DNA of 64,000 bases from Candidatus Omnitrophota bacterium (lineage in GTDB: Bacteria; Omnitrophota; Gorgyraeia; Gygaellales; JBFMHM01). This document shows positions 38,014 to 48,488 of the stretch, piece after piece. The notes below the pieces were generated by a model. That model worked only from the letters and a program-made list of their open reading frames with translations, ran no database searches and was not told where the DNA came from. Positions within the stretch are counted from its first letter, which is position 1, and each line of letters begins with the position of its first letter. The stretch is taken from assembly GCA_040753015.1 (NCBI GenBank), contig JBFMHM010000001.1, positions 211,157-275,156 of the forward strand, written 5' to 3'. Both the position numbers and the translations under genes were made by a program.

Positions 38014-39267
38014 TTACCTGCCGCCGCCGATATTCACCATACTAAATATAGGCAGATACATTGAAACAACCAACACGCCAACAATTCCGCCCATAAACAC
38101 AATCATCAGCGGCTCAAACATTGCCGTAAAACGAGTAAGCTGTGTTTCTACTGCCTCACGGTAATATGCAGCAACTTTTTTAAGCATTGCTCCTAGTTCA
38201 CCGATCTCTTCTCCTACGCGTACCATTTGAACCAACATCGGCGCGAAAAAATTACTTTTTTCTAAAGGCCCTGCTAGAGACTTACCATCACGCACATCAG
38301 CCTTAACTTGCCTAATAATATCCTGCATAATTACATTGCCGCTTGAACGCTCAACAATATCCAAGGCATAAAGTATAGGTACACCGCTTTCAACTAATGT
38401 AGAAATTTCGGATGTAAAACGTTCAACTGCCACAGTTTTAAAAAAATCTCTAAGCATAGGAAGATTAAATAACAAAGTATCAAATTGACGCTTGCCTGAA
38501 TCAGTTTTTACATAGGCCTTAAATGCATAAACACCACCGGCAATAAGTAGAAAAATTAAAAAGAAGTAATGGCGCATAAAATTGCTAAAACCAATAACAA
38601 ATTGTGTCAAGGCCGGCATTTGGCCGCCGAGATTTTGGAAAATATCGGCAAAAGTAGGAATAATTTTAAATGTAAAGAAAAATATCGCAATGATACAAAC
38701 ACCGAAAAGTATTGCCGGATAAATTAATGCTGAAATCATTTTTCTTCTAAACGCTGCTTGTTCTTCTAGATATGCGGCAAGCCTGTCCAAAATAAGAGGC
38801 AAATTACCGCTTGCCTCTCCTGTCTCAACTAGATTCGCCCACATACTTGAAAAAATTTTGGGATGCCGTGCTAGCGCCTCATGAAAAGATACCCCGCCTT
38901 TAACATCTTCGACTATCTTTAGAGTCGCGTCTAATAAAATCTTGCTTTCAACTTGTTTTACAATAATTTCCAAGCTCTTTAATAAACTAATCCCTGCGCC
39001 AAGCATAGTCGCAAGCTGCCTTGAAAACATAACTAAATCATTTAGTCTTACACCACGGTGCATTTTTGTATGGACAATTGGAATATTTAATGATGCAGGT
39101 GATACAGCAGATTTCTCGTTTATAATCTCTGGAATTTCTGTTATATTTGTTACAATAAGCCCGCGATTCTGCAGGCGCGATAATAATTCATCAGAGCTAG
39201 CTGCGTCTTCAAGACCTTTTACCTTTTTGCCCGAAATATCCCTTGCCTCAAAATTAAATTTTGCCAC
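38014..39267 (-). CDS. pilC: Type IV pilus / T2SS platform protein (PilC/GspF)
   Basis: FSRQLATML, GEASGNL, ALIYP, GEEIGEL, EPLMIV. Confidence 0.93.
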   Translation of the reverse strand: MAKFNFEARDISGKKVKGLEDAASSDELLSRLQNRGLIVTNITEIPEIINEKSAVSPASLNIPIVHTKMHRGVRLNDLVMFSRQLATMLGAGISLLKSLEIIVKQVESKILLDATLKIVEDVKGGVSFHEALARHPKIFSSMWANLVETGEASGNLPLILDRLAAYLEEQAAFRRKMISALIYPAILFGVCIIAIFFFTFKIIPTFADIFQNLGGQMPALTQFVIGFSNFMRHYFFLIFLLIAGGVYAFKAYVKTDSGKRQFDTLLFNLPMLRDFFKTVAVERFTSEISTLVESGVPILYALDIVERSSGNVIMQDIIRQVKADVRDGKSLAGPLEKSNFFAPMLVQMVRVGEEIGELGAMLKKVAAYYREAVETQLTRFTAMFEPLMIVFMGGIVGVLVVSMYLPIFSMVNIGGGR

Positions 39268-40980
39268 TTATTCTCCTCCGATTGTTACTGCTAAAACTTC
39301 TTCCAGCGAAGAAATACCTTGCTCTACTTTTTCTAAACCGCTTTCATAGAGCGTCTGCATTCCGCATTCTTTTGCAACATCCCTAATCTTCATAAACGAA
39401 GCGCGCTGGCTAATTAGATCACGGATACGATCGTTAACCACTAAAACTTCTGCTACAACTGAACGCCCTTTATAGCCTAACTGATTGCATTCTGCGCAGC
39501 CTTTTGCGCGGTAAATTAAAGATGTTTTTAATTTTATGCCGCCTAACTGTTCTTTTGTAGGTTCATATGCCTCTTTGCACTTCGAACAAAGCTTACGAAT
39601 CAGGCGCTGAGCAACAATACAAATCAATGATGGCGTGATTAAATATGGCTCTATACCAATATCCATAAGCCTATTAATTGCTGAAGGCGCATCGTTAGTA
39701 TGGAGTGTACTTAAAACAAGGTGGCCTGTTAATGCTGAACGAATACAAATTTCTGCGGTCTCTAAATCCCTAATTTCACCAACCAGCATAATATCAGGAT
39801 CTTGCCTTAAAAAAGCACGAAGTGCGCTTGCAAAAGTAAGCCCGATCTCCGGCTTTACTTGCAATTGATTTATCCCGTCGAGCTTATATTCAACAGGGTC
39901 TTCAACAGTAACAATATTAGTCTGCGGGTCTTTTAATTCGTTTAATGCCGCATATAAAGTAGTGGTTTTTCCTGAACCGGTAGGCCCGGTTAATAACACA
40001 ACTCCGTAAGGCGTATCAATTGATTTTCGAAAATCTTCAAGTTGTTTTTGATTAAACCCAAGTTTGCCTAAATCAAGCACTGCCTGTGCCCGGTCTAAAA
40101 TTCTCATTACAACTTTTTCGCCGTAAATTAAAGGAATAAACGAAATTCTTAGATCTATCGCACGGTCTTCAAGGCGCACAGTGAATGCACCGTCTTGAGG
40201 AAGCCGTTTTTCAGCAATATCAAGATGAGATAAAATCTTAATACGCGAAATTATGGGAAGATGCAAATGTTTTGCCGGAGGTGGAATTTCTACTAATTTT
40301 CCATCAATTCTATAGCGTAAACTAATTCTGTCCCTTAAAGGCTCGATATGTATATCCGATGCCCGCTCATCAATTGCCTGCCTAATAATTAAATCAACAA
40401 GTTTTACAACCGGCGCTTCTTCTGCGCGGGCAACCAGCTTATCTAAGCTAAGCGTCTCCTCTAGGCCCTCGACAACAATCCCCTCTTCACCTGTTCCATA
40501 AGACTCTTTAACAGCTTCTTTTAGAAGTTCTGATTTTCCGTAAAACTCTTCGATTGCCCGAATTATATCTGAACGCGCAGCAACCACAGGACTTATTTCA
40601 CAGCTAGTCATCTTTTTAAGATTATCAATTAATACTAAATCAAGCGGATCAAAAAATGCACAAGTAAGCGAATTCATATGGCGCGAAAGCGGTAAAACTA
40701 AATTTTTTAAAGTAAAATTTTTTGGGATTAATTTTTCTAGGCCCTGGTCAGCTGCCGGACGCAATAAACCCGTGCCAAGCGATGCATAGGGAAGATTTAA
40801 TTGTTTAGCGAGCGACACAACTACATCTTGTTCGGTAAGAAGCCCCATTCGGACAAGAATTTCGCCCAGCCTGCCGCCTTCTTTTTGTTGAAGTAAAATT
40901 GCTTTATCTAATTGGTCTTGAGAAACCAGGCCTTCTTTGAGGAAAATCTGGCCAATTTTTTGGTAAGTAGTTTGTGGCAT
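39268..40980 (-). CDS. pilB: Assembly ATPase (PilB/GspE) with N-terminal MshEN domain
   Basis: RLGEILVRMGLL, ASDIHIEP, GPTGSGKTTT, LRQDPD, CSKC/CAEC. Confidence 0.95.
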   Translation of the reverse strand: MPQTTYQKIGQIFLKEGLVSQDQLDKAILLQQKEGGRLGEILVRMGLLTEQDVVVSLAKQLNLPYASLGTGLLRPAADQGLEKLIPKNFTLKNLVLPLSRHMNSLTCAFFDPLDLVLIDNLKKMTSCEISPVVAARSDIIRAIEEFYGKSELLKEAVKESYGTGEEGIVVEGLEETLSLDKLVARAEEAPVVKLVDLIIRQAIDERASDIHIEPLRDRISLRYRIDGKLVEIPPPAKHLHLPIISRIKILSHLDIAEKRLPQDGAFTVRLEDRAIDLRISFIPLIYGEKVVMRILDRAQAVLDLGKLGFNQKQLEDFRKSIDTPYGVVLLTGPTGSGKTTTLYAALNELKDPQTNIVTVEDPVEYKLDGINQLQVKPEIGLTFASALRAFLRQDPDIMLVGEIRDLETAEICIRSALTGHLVLSTLHTNDAPSAINRLMDIGIEPYLITPSLICIVAQRLIRKLCSKCKEAYEPTKEQLGGIKLKTSLIYRAKGCAECNQLGYKGRSVVAEVLVVNDRIRDLISQRASFMKIRDVAKECGMQTLYESGLEKVEQGISSLEEVLAVTIGGE

Positions 40981-41016
40981 TAAATCTTTTTAAATTGTAG
41001 GGACTACAAAAATAAT

Positions 41017-42645
41017 TTATTCAAAATTCTTTAATGTCTCGTTTATTGCTTTCTGGCGCGTTGTCAAAGGCGCTTGTTCGCGCACCGGTATTGTAATCGG
41101 CATTTGGGGTTGAGGAAAATCAGAACCCGCTGCCTTGCTAGATGCAAGCTGCATCATTGACTCATCTTTTACAATATGCGGCGTAATAAAAACAAGTAAT
41201 TCACGCTGATCATTAACACCCGGGCCTGTCTGTGTACCATAGTTTGTATTTCCTGTATATTTCTGGCTAAATAAAAACTGTCCTAAAATAGGAATTTTTG
41301 AAAGCCAGGGAATGCCTTGCACTCTTTCAGCTTTCCTATCGCGTAATAAACCGCCGATTACAATTGTCTCGCCATCTTTTACCCTAAGTGTAGATTTTGT
41401 CGTACGCTCTGAAGGATCTCTAAAAGTAAAATTACCTGCTCCACCAGCATTTATTTGAGTGCCTGCGGCTGCATCTCTTACTATGGGTTCGACATACATT
41501 GTAACATCGCCAGTCTCGATATTAATTTGGGGCGCTACTCTTAACATAACGCCGGTTTGAACACGCTCGGGCGCGGTTATTTGAGTTACAGCGCCTGCAC
41601 CAGATTGTTGCGTTAAGCTACCCGTTGTAACTCCGACAGACTCATCAGTTGTAATTTTAATTTCCGCTACCTCATTATTCATACAAAGAATCCTTGGCCG
41701 AGCAAGATATTTTGTATCAGTTTTTGTTTCAATAAAATCTAAAACTGCTGTTAAAGCTGTTGCTGAAAGTGTTCCCATCGTAAATGTCTTAAATAAGTTA
41801 CCTGCAACCGCGCCGGCAACAACACCTGTGCGAGATTCCATAGAATGATGGTCAAAAGGAAACCTTGTTGACATAGGGCCCGCCCCTGCCAAATTCATCC
41901 AAATACCTGACCAGTTTACGCCAATAGCATCTGATGTTGCCTTACTAACATCAAGCATTTCAACTTCAATTAAAACCTGTGGTGTTGGCACATCCAGCTG
42001 AGCAAGTACTGACTCAATACGAGAAAAATTCATTGGTACATCGGTAATAATTAAACTATTTGTACGCCTATCTTCAATAACCTTGCCATTTTCAGTTAGA
42101 ATCCTTTTGATTACCTTAGTTATACCAAATTCTTCTTTTTCTTGTTCATTGGTTGAAGAAGACGAAGAAGACGAAGTAGCTGAAGAAGTTGCGCCTTCAT
42201 CAAATTGATCAGCCTTTAATCTTTCATCCACATCAGAAGTAATCCATGAATTTTCAACTCGTGCAAATTTCAATTTATAGACTCTGGTAATTGTTTCTAG
42301 AGTTGGCCCGCCCATATCTTTCACAATATAAATATTCGAATCTGACACAAATTCATAGCTTAAATTATTTGCCTTAAATATTTGATTTATCGCATCTTCA
42401 ATAGCGACATTATTCAAATAGAGAGTAAGAATTCTATCCTGTAAAGCACTTGAGGCGATAAAATTTGCTCCGGACTGTACAGAAAAAACCTTTAAGACGT
42501 CTTTAATATTCGCGTCTTTAAAATCCATAGTTATCTTTGCTGTTGGGTCAAAGAAAAACTCCTGGGATTGCAAAATCCCCGGCCTCAAACTAAAAAATAT
42601 GGCACAGAATAAAACTATCATAAATAATATTTTTTTGTTTTTCAT
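41017..42645 (-). CDS. Secretin (PilQ/GspD family)
   Basis: MDFKDA, DRRTNSLII, QVLIEV, DGETIVIGGL, GIPWLSKIPILG, LLVFITP. Confidence 0.92.
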   Translation of the reverse strand: MKNKKILFMIVLFCAIFFSLRPGILQSQEFFFDPTAKITMDFKDANIKDVLKVFSVQSGANFIASSALQDRILTLYLNNVAIEDAINQIFKANNLSYEFVSDSNIYIVKDMGGPTLETITRVYKLKFARVENSWITSDVDERLKADQFDEGATSSATSSSSSSSTNEQEKEEFGITKVIKRILTENGKVIEDRRTNSLIITDVPMNFSRIESVLAQLDVPTPQVLIEVEMLDVSKATSDAIGVNWSGIWMNLAGAGPMSTRFPFDHHSMESRTGVVAGAVAGNLFKTFTMGTLSATALTAVLDFIETKTDTKYLARPRILCMNNEVAEIKITTDESVGVTTGSLTQQSGAGAVTQITAPERVQTGVMLRVAPQINIETGDVTMYVEPIVRDAAAGTQINAGGAGNFTFRDPSERTTKSTLRVKDGETIVIGGLLRDRKAERVQGIPWLSKIPILGQFLFSQKYTGNTNYGTQTGPGVNDQRELLVFITPHIVKDESMMQLASSKAAGSDFPQPQMPITIPVREQAPLTTRQKAINETLKNFE

Positions 42646-43085
42646 TTTCGACCCCCTTTAATTTGCTCCCTAATTAAACTACTGGGAGCAGGAATAATAA
42701 ATATATTTCCTTTATGAATAATGCCAACGCCGTCTTTATTAATTTCTATTACCTTTGCTGCACCAACTACATCTCCAACTTTAACTACTTGATTATTAAT
42801 TATAGCTGCTGGTTTTGTAGGATGTAAAATAATACCCTGGACTTTAAACTCTGATAATTGAATTTCGCCGTTAACCACTTCTCCTTCTGTAGCAAGCTTT
42901 GCTTCTTGAGAAAACCAAGGCTCAAAAGGATCTCTAAGCGAACCGGCAGTATATTGTATTTCTTCTATTGGCTCAGATGGCTCAGAATCGCCTTCTAGCT
43001 GCCCAAATGAAAAAAAAGTAAAACCAAGAATTATTGTAACAAGCATTATACCATAAATCTTAAATTTTACTATTTTTCTTATCAT
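42642..43085 (-). CDS. PilP-like protein
   Basis: LRDPFEP motif and VQGII...AIINNQVVKVGD; lies between pilO-like gene and secretin. Confidence 0.7.
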   Translation of the reverse strand: MIRKIVKFKIYGIMLVTIILGFTFFSFGQLEGDSEPSEPIEEIQYTAGSLRDPFEPWFSQEAKLATEGEVVNGEIQLSEFKVQGIILHPTKPAAIINNQVVKVGDVVGAAKVIEINKDGVGIIHKGNIFIIPAPSSLIREQIKGGRK

Positions 43086-43086
43086 A

Positions 43087-43623
43087 TTATTCTAAATATA
43101 TACTCTCCAAAACTAAAGAACATGATAAAGACTGCAACTTACTTTCTTTTTTTTCAAGGCCAAATTCACCAACACCTCTACTAGATGTCAAATTAAAATC
43201 TTTTATTCTAAAAAATTGCTCCTTGGCTTCCAGTAAACTAATAAATCTACCTATATTATGATAGGTTCCGTTAATATTTAAATTAATCGGCAAAATTTTA
43301 TATACACCATCTTTGAATTCTTCTCTTTGCGGCTGAATAGAAATAATTTCAATCCCTGTCGAACTTGCAAAATTATTAATCTTCGTAATCATAGACGCCA
43401 CATCTTCTTTTTTTAATACTTTTGCATAAGAATCTATTTTTTGATTTAAAGACTGAATACTTGTTAACACCTCTATCTTCGTTTCTTCTTCTGAAATCAT
43501 ATTTTTTAAAGAATTCACCTTTTCAACCTGTATCTGCCAGACTTTATAGGCAAAAAATAAACTTACAACAATTACAACAAGCAATATTAATTTACTTTTA
43601 TCAATATTTATGTTAGTTTTCAT
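43087..43623 (-). CDS. PilO-like protein
   Basis: N-terminal TM, coiled coil, GTYHNIGRFISLLE. Confidence 0.8.
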   Translation of the reverse strand: MKTNINIDKSKLILLVVIVVSLFFAYKVWQIQVEKVNSLKNMISEEETKIEVLTSIQSLNQKIDSYAKVLKKEDVASMITKINNFASSTGIEIISIQPQREEFKDGVYKILPINLNINGTYHNIGRFISLLEAKEQFFRIKDFNLTSSRGVGEFGLEKKESKLQSLSCSLVLESIYLE

Positions 43624-43624
43624 T

Positions 43625-45118
43625 TTATTTACACTCTATATTAAAATTACGAATATTAATTTTCCCGATCGAAGACCGTTCTGTTGAAAAATCCACATTG
43701 TTTAAGTTTAACAATAACTTTTTATCTTTTTTTATACTAGCAATAAACTCATTGATAAGATTAATTTCTTGCGTATCATCGCCTAAATACACTGAACCCT
43801 TAATAGATACATTATCTTTATTTATCGACAGATTAGTTAACCACATACCTTGCGGCAGAATTCTTACTATCTTGTCTAACCGCGGTGTCAGATAAAGGCG
43901 TGTTTTATACAAATCATTTAACTTTAAAATAGTATTTTTATATTTAGCTTCTACGCTCTTTAGCTCATCTAAACTCATTGCATTTAATCTCGCGCTCAAC
44001 TTGGGCTGTTTGCTTACTGCCATACTAAGAGTATCCTTTAAATGTTTTTGCTCGGGAATTTTCACAAGATAAGCCAAAAGAATAATTAGCGCACCAATAA
44101 ACAAGTAAGAAACTATTTGTGAATTAGATACTGGCTTTACTACGAAAGGCCTTCTTTCAGTGCTTATTACTGGTACCTTACCACTAAGAAGGTTAATTTT
44201 AAAATAAGATAAGGGGATTTGATCTTTTTGCGACAACCCAAAAGCTATAGCAAGGCCAAGATCAGATATATAAATCGAACCGGCAACATCTTGAATTTTT
44301 ATGGCCTTGATATGAACGTCCAACTCTTTATCTAATTCAACTATACCAGACGGTAAGTCTTTATCAGATAAAATAATCAAATTATCAACATGCTTACCAG
44401 ATGACTGCCTGCGGTAATAATCTAATGTAAGCCGGATCTCATTAGCTAATTTTAATAATAATACTGAATCGCCATCTACATCTTGTTCCTTCGTATCAAG
44501 CGAAACCTTTAATTCGTGAGCAAAACATGCCCATCCACGATCAATGATTACCAAACCTCTTTCCTGATTCAATTCTACGATAGCAGTCGCTGTCTTTAAA
44601 TCAATTGTTTTCTGCATACTTAAAAGTCTTGTAATACCTAAAATCGCCGGTTCAACAGCACTGACTTTTAAGCCCACTTCCTTAATAATAGCTAAATATT
44701 TATCAATATGCTCCTTTTTTGTGGCACAAAATAGCACTTCTGCACGTTTCTTAGCTTTATTCACCCTGGCCTGAAAATCAAATACAAGTTCTTCAATCTT
44801 AAAGGGCAGATATCTTTTAACCTCGAACAATAAAGCATTTATGAATTCTTTTTTGGGCATTATTGGCAATTCAAAAAATCTAACAATTATATCTTTTAAA
44901 GAAATACCAATTACCGCCTCTTTTGCCTCAATTTTATTATCACGGAGTGTTTTTTGAAGAAGAGCAACCACTCTTATTTGTTCATTAACATCGCTAGATT
45001 CTAAATTAACATTCTCCTGAGATGGTGAAATTACGACAGTTTTTAATACTCTGCGCCCTAGAGACTCGACGATATTAATTTTATCTATACCAAAATATAT
45101 GCCGACTATTCTTCTCAC
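43625..45118 (-). CDS. Fused PilM/PilN-like protein
   Basis: Actin-like region (RYLPF, EIRLTLDYY), then INLL, a TM segment and LPQGMWLTNL. Confidence 0.75.
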   Translation of the reverse strand: MRRIVGIYFGIDKINIVESLGRRVLKTVVISPSQENVNLESSDVNEQIRVVALLQKTLRDNKIEAKEAVIGISLKDIIVRFFELPIMPKKEFINALLFEVKRYLPFKIEELVFDFQARVNKAKKRAEVLFCATKKEHIDKYLAIIKEVGLKVSAVEPAILGITRLLSMQKTIDLKTATAIVELNQERGLVIIDRGWACFAHELKVSLDTKEQDVDGDSVLLLKLANEIRLTLDYYRRQSSGKHVDNLIILSDKDLPSGIVELDKELDVHIKAIKIQDVAGSIYISDLGLAIAFGLSQKDQIPLSYFKINLLSGKVPVISTERRPFVVKPVSNSQIVSYLFIGALIILLAYLVKIPEQKHLKDTLSMAVSKQPKLSARLNAMSLDELKSVEAKYKNTILKLNDLYKTRLYLTPRLDKIVRILPQGMWLTNLSINKDNVSIKGSVYLGDDTQEINLINEFIASIKKDKKLLLNLNNVDFSTERSSIGKINIRNFNIECK

Positions 45119-45122
45119 TCCG

Positions 45123-45323
45123 CTACATCTCCTCTTTTATTTCTTTAGGTATGGCTTTCCTACGTTGGCTTCTTAACCATATGTCTACTTCTTTTTTATC
45201 AAACCGCCAAACACCACCTACCTTTATACCAGAAATCTTTCCTTCATGCAACCAATTATAAATAGTCTGCTTACGCAGCCTTAAATAATCCGCCAATTCA
45301 TCTATATTTAATAATTTTATCAT
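45123..45323 (-). CDS. Excisionase-like helix-turn-helix protein
   Basis: LLNIDELADYL...TIYNW...GKISGIKVGGVWRF. Confidence 0.85.
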   Translation of the reverse strand: MIKLLNIDELADYLRLRKQTIYNWLHEGKISGIKVGGVWRFDKKEVDIWLRSQRRKAIPKEIKEEM

Positions 45324-45347
45324 TTTACTTTCCCTTTTGCAGATTTA

Positions 45348-45376
45348 ATTAAATCATAATAAACTTACTTTGTCAA
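45348..45376 (-). promoter_or_regulatory. Sigma70-type promoter for the HTH-pil operon
   Basis: TTGACA-17 bp-TTTAAT with extended TG. Confidence 0.55.
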
Positions 45377-45441
45377 GAAAAATCTATATCTAATAGGTAT
45401 TTTTTGGTCCTCTAATATAGCTCAGAATCAAGGAATGCCTA

Positions 45442-47178
45442 TCAGCTAGAAATAGGTATTTCTTGGCAGACTTTATTGCGGCCTTCATTTTTAGCCTGAT
45501 AGAGCGCATCATCAGCACGTTTAATCAAAGATTCAACTGTGTCGCTATCCCTAAATACAGAAACTCCTAAACTTATGGTAATTTGGTAGGTATCTTGGCC
45601 GCTTTTGAATTTATGTTCTTCGATATTTTTTCGAATTCTTTGAGCAATTTGATAAGCCATCCCGAGATCCGTATCCTTCAACATCACAATCATCTCTTCT
45701 CCGCCAAAACGGCCAATAACGTCTTGGGGGCGACAGCTTTCCTTAAAGATATCGGCAACGCTCTTAAGAATAAAATCTCCTATTTGATGGCCATATGTAT
45801 CATTTATTGATTTAAAATGATCTATATCAGCCATAATCACAGCTAATTTTTTTCTTTTATGTAAATGCATCGAAGAAAATTCAGTCTGAAGTAAGAATGT
45901 AAAATAAGTCTTATTAAAAAGGGCTGTTAGGCCATCAATCGTTGAGACTTTAAAAAGCTTCATCCTCTCCCTTGCTAATATTATTTCATTATAAAGTGTA
46001 ACAATAACATAACCGGCAAATACTGTAAATGCAGGATATACAAAGTTGAGCCAGATATTTTTTTGTTCAAAAAGAATAAATGCTAAATACCACCAGCCAA
46101 TAATAAACAGAAGTATAATAAGAACCCCTCTTAAAATTTGAACCCTCGAAATCAAAAATGACACAGCCATGGCAAATATAAATATTATAATTACATTAAG
46201 CTTATCGCTTGTTTTTTTGACAAAATCTTTATTTAAAATGTTATTAATTATAACCGCGTGTACCCCTAAACCGGGATACAAAGGCTCAATAGGTACATTT
46301 TTTATATCCCCAAGGCCAGTAGCAGTTACACCGATTAAACAAATTTTATTTTTAAATTTATTTAGGTCGATAAATGGTGTTTCTCCATTATTTATTGCGG
46401 CATAGGAATTTAATATATCGATAAACGAATAGTGGTTAAAAGTTTCTGTCCAAAGGCCCGGCCAATTAATAATCATCTTTCCTTGATGATCAACAGGAAT
46501 CAAAATAGGTTCATCTTTAAGAGGAACCTCTATAAAACCATCTTTAATGCTTACATTATTTAAATCTGTTCCTAAATATCGCATTGCAATTTTAAAAGCG
46601 AAATTATAATCTATGCCGGATTTTTGTAAAATAAATAGATCGGCATATCTTATAAATCCGTGAGCATCAGGATCAATATTAATAAAACCGTCAAACTTAC
46701 CAGCATCAGCAAATATTTCTAAAGGAAAAATCCCACTGGATATATCAAACGCCCCATCTATCTTATTGTAAGAAAAAGCAAGGTAGACATTATCTGCATT
46801 CTTAATTGCCTGCTCTAGTAAACTATCATTTATTTTATCGCTTGGTTCACTAAAAATAATATCGAACCCAATTATTTTCGCGCCATATTTACGCAATATC
46901 TCTATCATTGCGGCATGATAACGTCTTGGCCATGGCCAATGGCCAAGTGCCTGTATGCTATCATCGGAAATTTCAATCAAAGCAATATCATTGTTAGTTT
47001 TATGAGGGGTTCTTAATTTGAAACGGAAATCTAATGTTAACAATTCGAGCCTTTCGAAAGAATTATTTAGGTAGAAAATTAAAACAAAAATACCAATAAA
47101 AATCCCCAAGAAAAACCTAATAAAGAAATTTTTACAACTTAGGGCTTCTTGGGGTTTTCGTTTATCAGAAAACCACAT
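45442..47178 (-). CDS. CHASE2-domain diguanylate cyclase
   Basis: GHWPWPR, FDIIFSE, PGLGVHA, three TM segments, DIDHFKSINDTYGH, RPQD I-site, RFGGEEM. Confidence 0.92.
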   Translation of the reverse strand: MWFSDKRKPQEALSCKNFFIRFFLGIFIGIFVLIFYLNNSFERLELLTLDFRFKLRTPHKTNNDIALIEISDDSIQALGHWPWPRRYHAAMIEILRKYGAKIIGFDIIFSEPSDKINDSLLEQAIKNADNVYLAFSYNKIDGAFDISSGIFPLEIFADAGKFDGFINIDPDAHGFIRYADLFILQKSGIDYNFAFKIAMRYLGTDLNNVSIKDGFIEVPLKDEPILIPVDHQGKMIINWPGLWTETFNHYSFIDILNSYAAINNGETPFIDLNKFKNKICLIGVTATGLGDIKNVPIEPLYPGLGVHAVIINNILNKDFVKKTSDKLNVIIIFIFAMAVSFLISRVQILRGVLIILLFIIGWWYLAFILFEQKNIWLNFVYPAFTVFAGYVIVTLYNEIILARERMKLFKVSTIDGLTALFNKTYFTFLLQTEFSSMHLHKRKKLAVIMADIDHFKSINDTYGHQIGDFILKSVADIFKESCRPQDVIGRFGGEEMIVMLKDTDLGMAYQIAQRIRKNIEEHKFKSGQDTYQITISLGVSVFRDSDTVESLIKRADDALYQAKNEGRNKVCQEIPISS

Positions 47179-47179
47179 T

Positions 47180-47656
47180 TTATATTATTTCGATTACATT
47201 AACAGAAAATACCGTTCCCCTAACGCCTACGATTGATGTAGGAGTCTTCACCTCAAACGAAGAGGGTTTAAGCGGGCGTTTTGCTTTTATGAGCACCTCC
47301 CCAATTGCTAAATCTAATTCTGTTCTTACTTTTTGGCTACGTTTATCAAAATACAAAAGACTAATCTTAACCTCTGCTTTTTCTTTTACCTTCATTACTG
47401 AAACAGCCCCTGCAGAAATTATTTTTATCTGGGCGGTGGCGCCAACCCCAGTTTTTATAACATCTCCTTCGTTAAGTTGCATATCCTTAACTACAGCAAC
47501 CCAATCTTTAGAATCAGATTTTCTAATTAAAACATCACCAAGAAATGATTCAACTTGTGCAAAATAGGCATCTTTGTCTATCTTCTTCTCTTCACCCGCA
47601 AAAATAAAATTTGTAATCAAAAATAATCCGATTAATATTAAAAATAATTTCTTCAT
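47180..47656 (-). CDS. Exported FecR-domain protein
   Basis: Signal peptide; GDVIKTG and FEVKTPTSIVGVRGTVF. Confidence 0.85.
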   Translation of the reverse strand: MKKLFLILIGLFLITNFIFAGEEKKIDKDAYFAQVESFLGDVLIRKSDSKDWVAVVKDMQLNEGDVIKTGVGATAQIKIISAGAVSVMKVKEKAEVKISLLYFDKRSQKVRTELDLAIGEVLIKAKRPLKPSSFEVKTPTSIVGVRGTVFSVNVIEII

Positions 47657-47705
47657 CTTTGCCTCCCATTATTTAAATGTAGCATAACAATAATGCAGTA
47701 GAAAA

Positions 47706-48488
47706 TCAATATTTTTTATAAATTTGGGTTAATTTAATAAAATCCTTTTGACCAAGGGCTTGGGGCCGGAGATTAAAATTGAATTCCTTATCTGTTAATA
47801 AAATTTCCTTTGGGAAAAATTCTTTTAAGCTATTGCGAAGCGTTTTTCTTCTTTGTTGAAAAGATCGGCGTATAATCTTAAAAAATATCTCTTCATCGTC
47901 TTTTTTTAAAACTGATTCTTTTATCGCCAGCATTATAAAAGAAGAATCTACTTTAGGTATCGGACGAAAACAAGTTCTGGAAATATCAAAGATAAGTTTA
48001 GGATTAGAATGATATTGGACAAAAAAACTAAATGCGCCTTTTAAGCTTGAATTATCATTATAAATTATCCGGCGGATAAATTCTTTTTGTAATGTTAAAA
48101 ATATATAATCAATGTATTTTTTATTTTCTAATAAATGCGCAATTATTGGGCTAGAAATATAATATGGAAGGTTGCCGACAACTTTAATTTTTTGGCTTAA
48201 ATTAGGAAAAACTCTTGGTATATCTAATTTCAAAAAATCCAGATTAATAATTTCAATATTACCGAAACTGGATAATTCTTTTTCAAGTTCTAAAACAAGC
48301 TTTTTATCAATTTCACAGGCAATCAGCTTTTTAACATTCTTTACTATTCTTTTTGTAAGCTCGCCGTGCCCAGGGCCAATTTCTAAAACTATATCGTCTT
48401 TAGTTAAACTAAGCGTGTTTATAATATTATTAATAATATTTTTATCTATTAAAAAATTTTGACCTAGCCTTTTTTTTGCAAAAATCAT
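47706..48488 (-). CDS. rsmA: 16S rRNA dimethyladenosine transferase
   Basis: KRLGQNFL, EIGPG, NLPYYIS, PKVDS; start placed at MIFAK. Confidence 0.95.
   Translation of the reverse strand: MIFAKKRLGQNFLIDKNIINNIINTLSLTKDDIVLEIGPGHGELTKRIVKNVKKLIACEIDKKLVLELEKELSSFGNIEIINLDFLKLDIPRVFPNLSQKIKVVGNLPYYISSPIIAHLLENKKYIDYIFLTLQKEFIRRIIYNDNSSLKGAFSFFVQYHSNPKLIFDISRTCFRPIPKVDSSFIMLAIKESVLKKDDEEIFFKIIRRSFQQRRKTLRNSLKEFFPKEILLTDKEFNFNLRPQALGQKDFIKLTQIYKKY

Noticed and set aside
42154-42190. GAAGAAGAC repeats in the secretin gene
   Set aside because: Codon-periodic poly-Ser linker, common in secretins and unrelated to the period-7 family.
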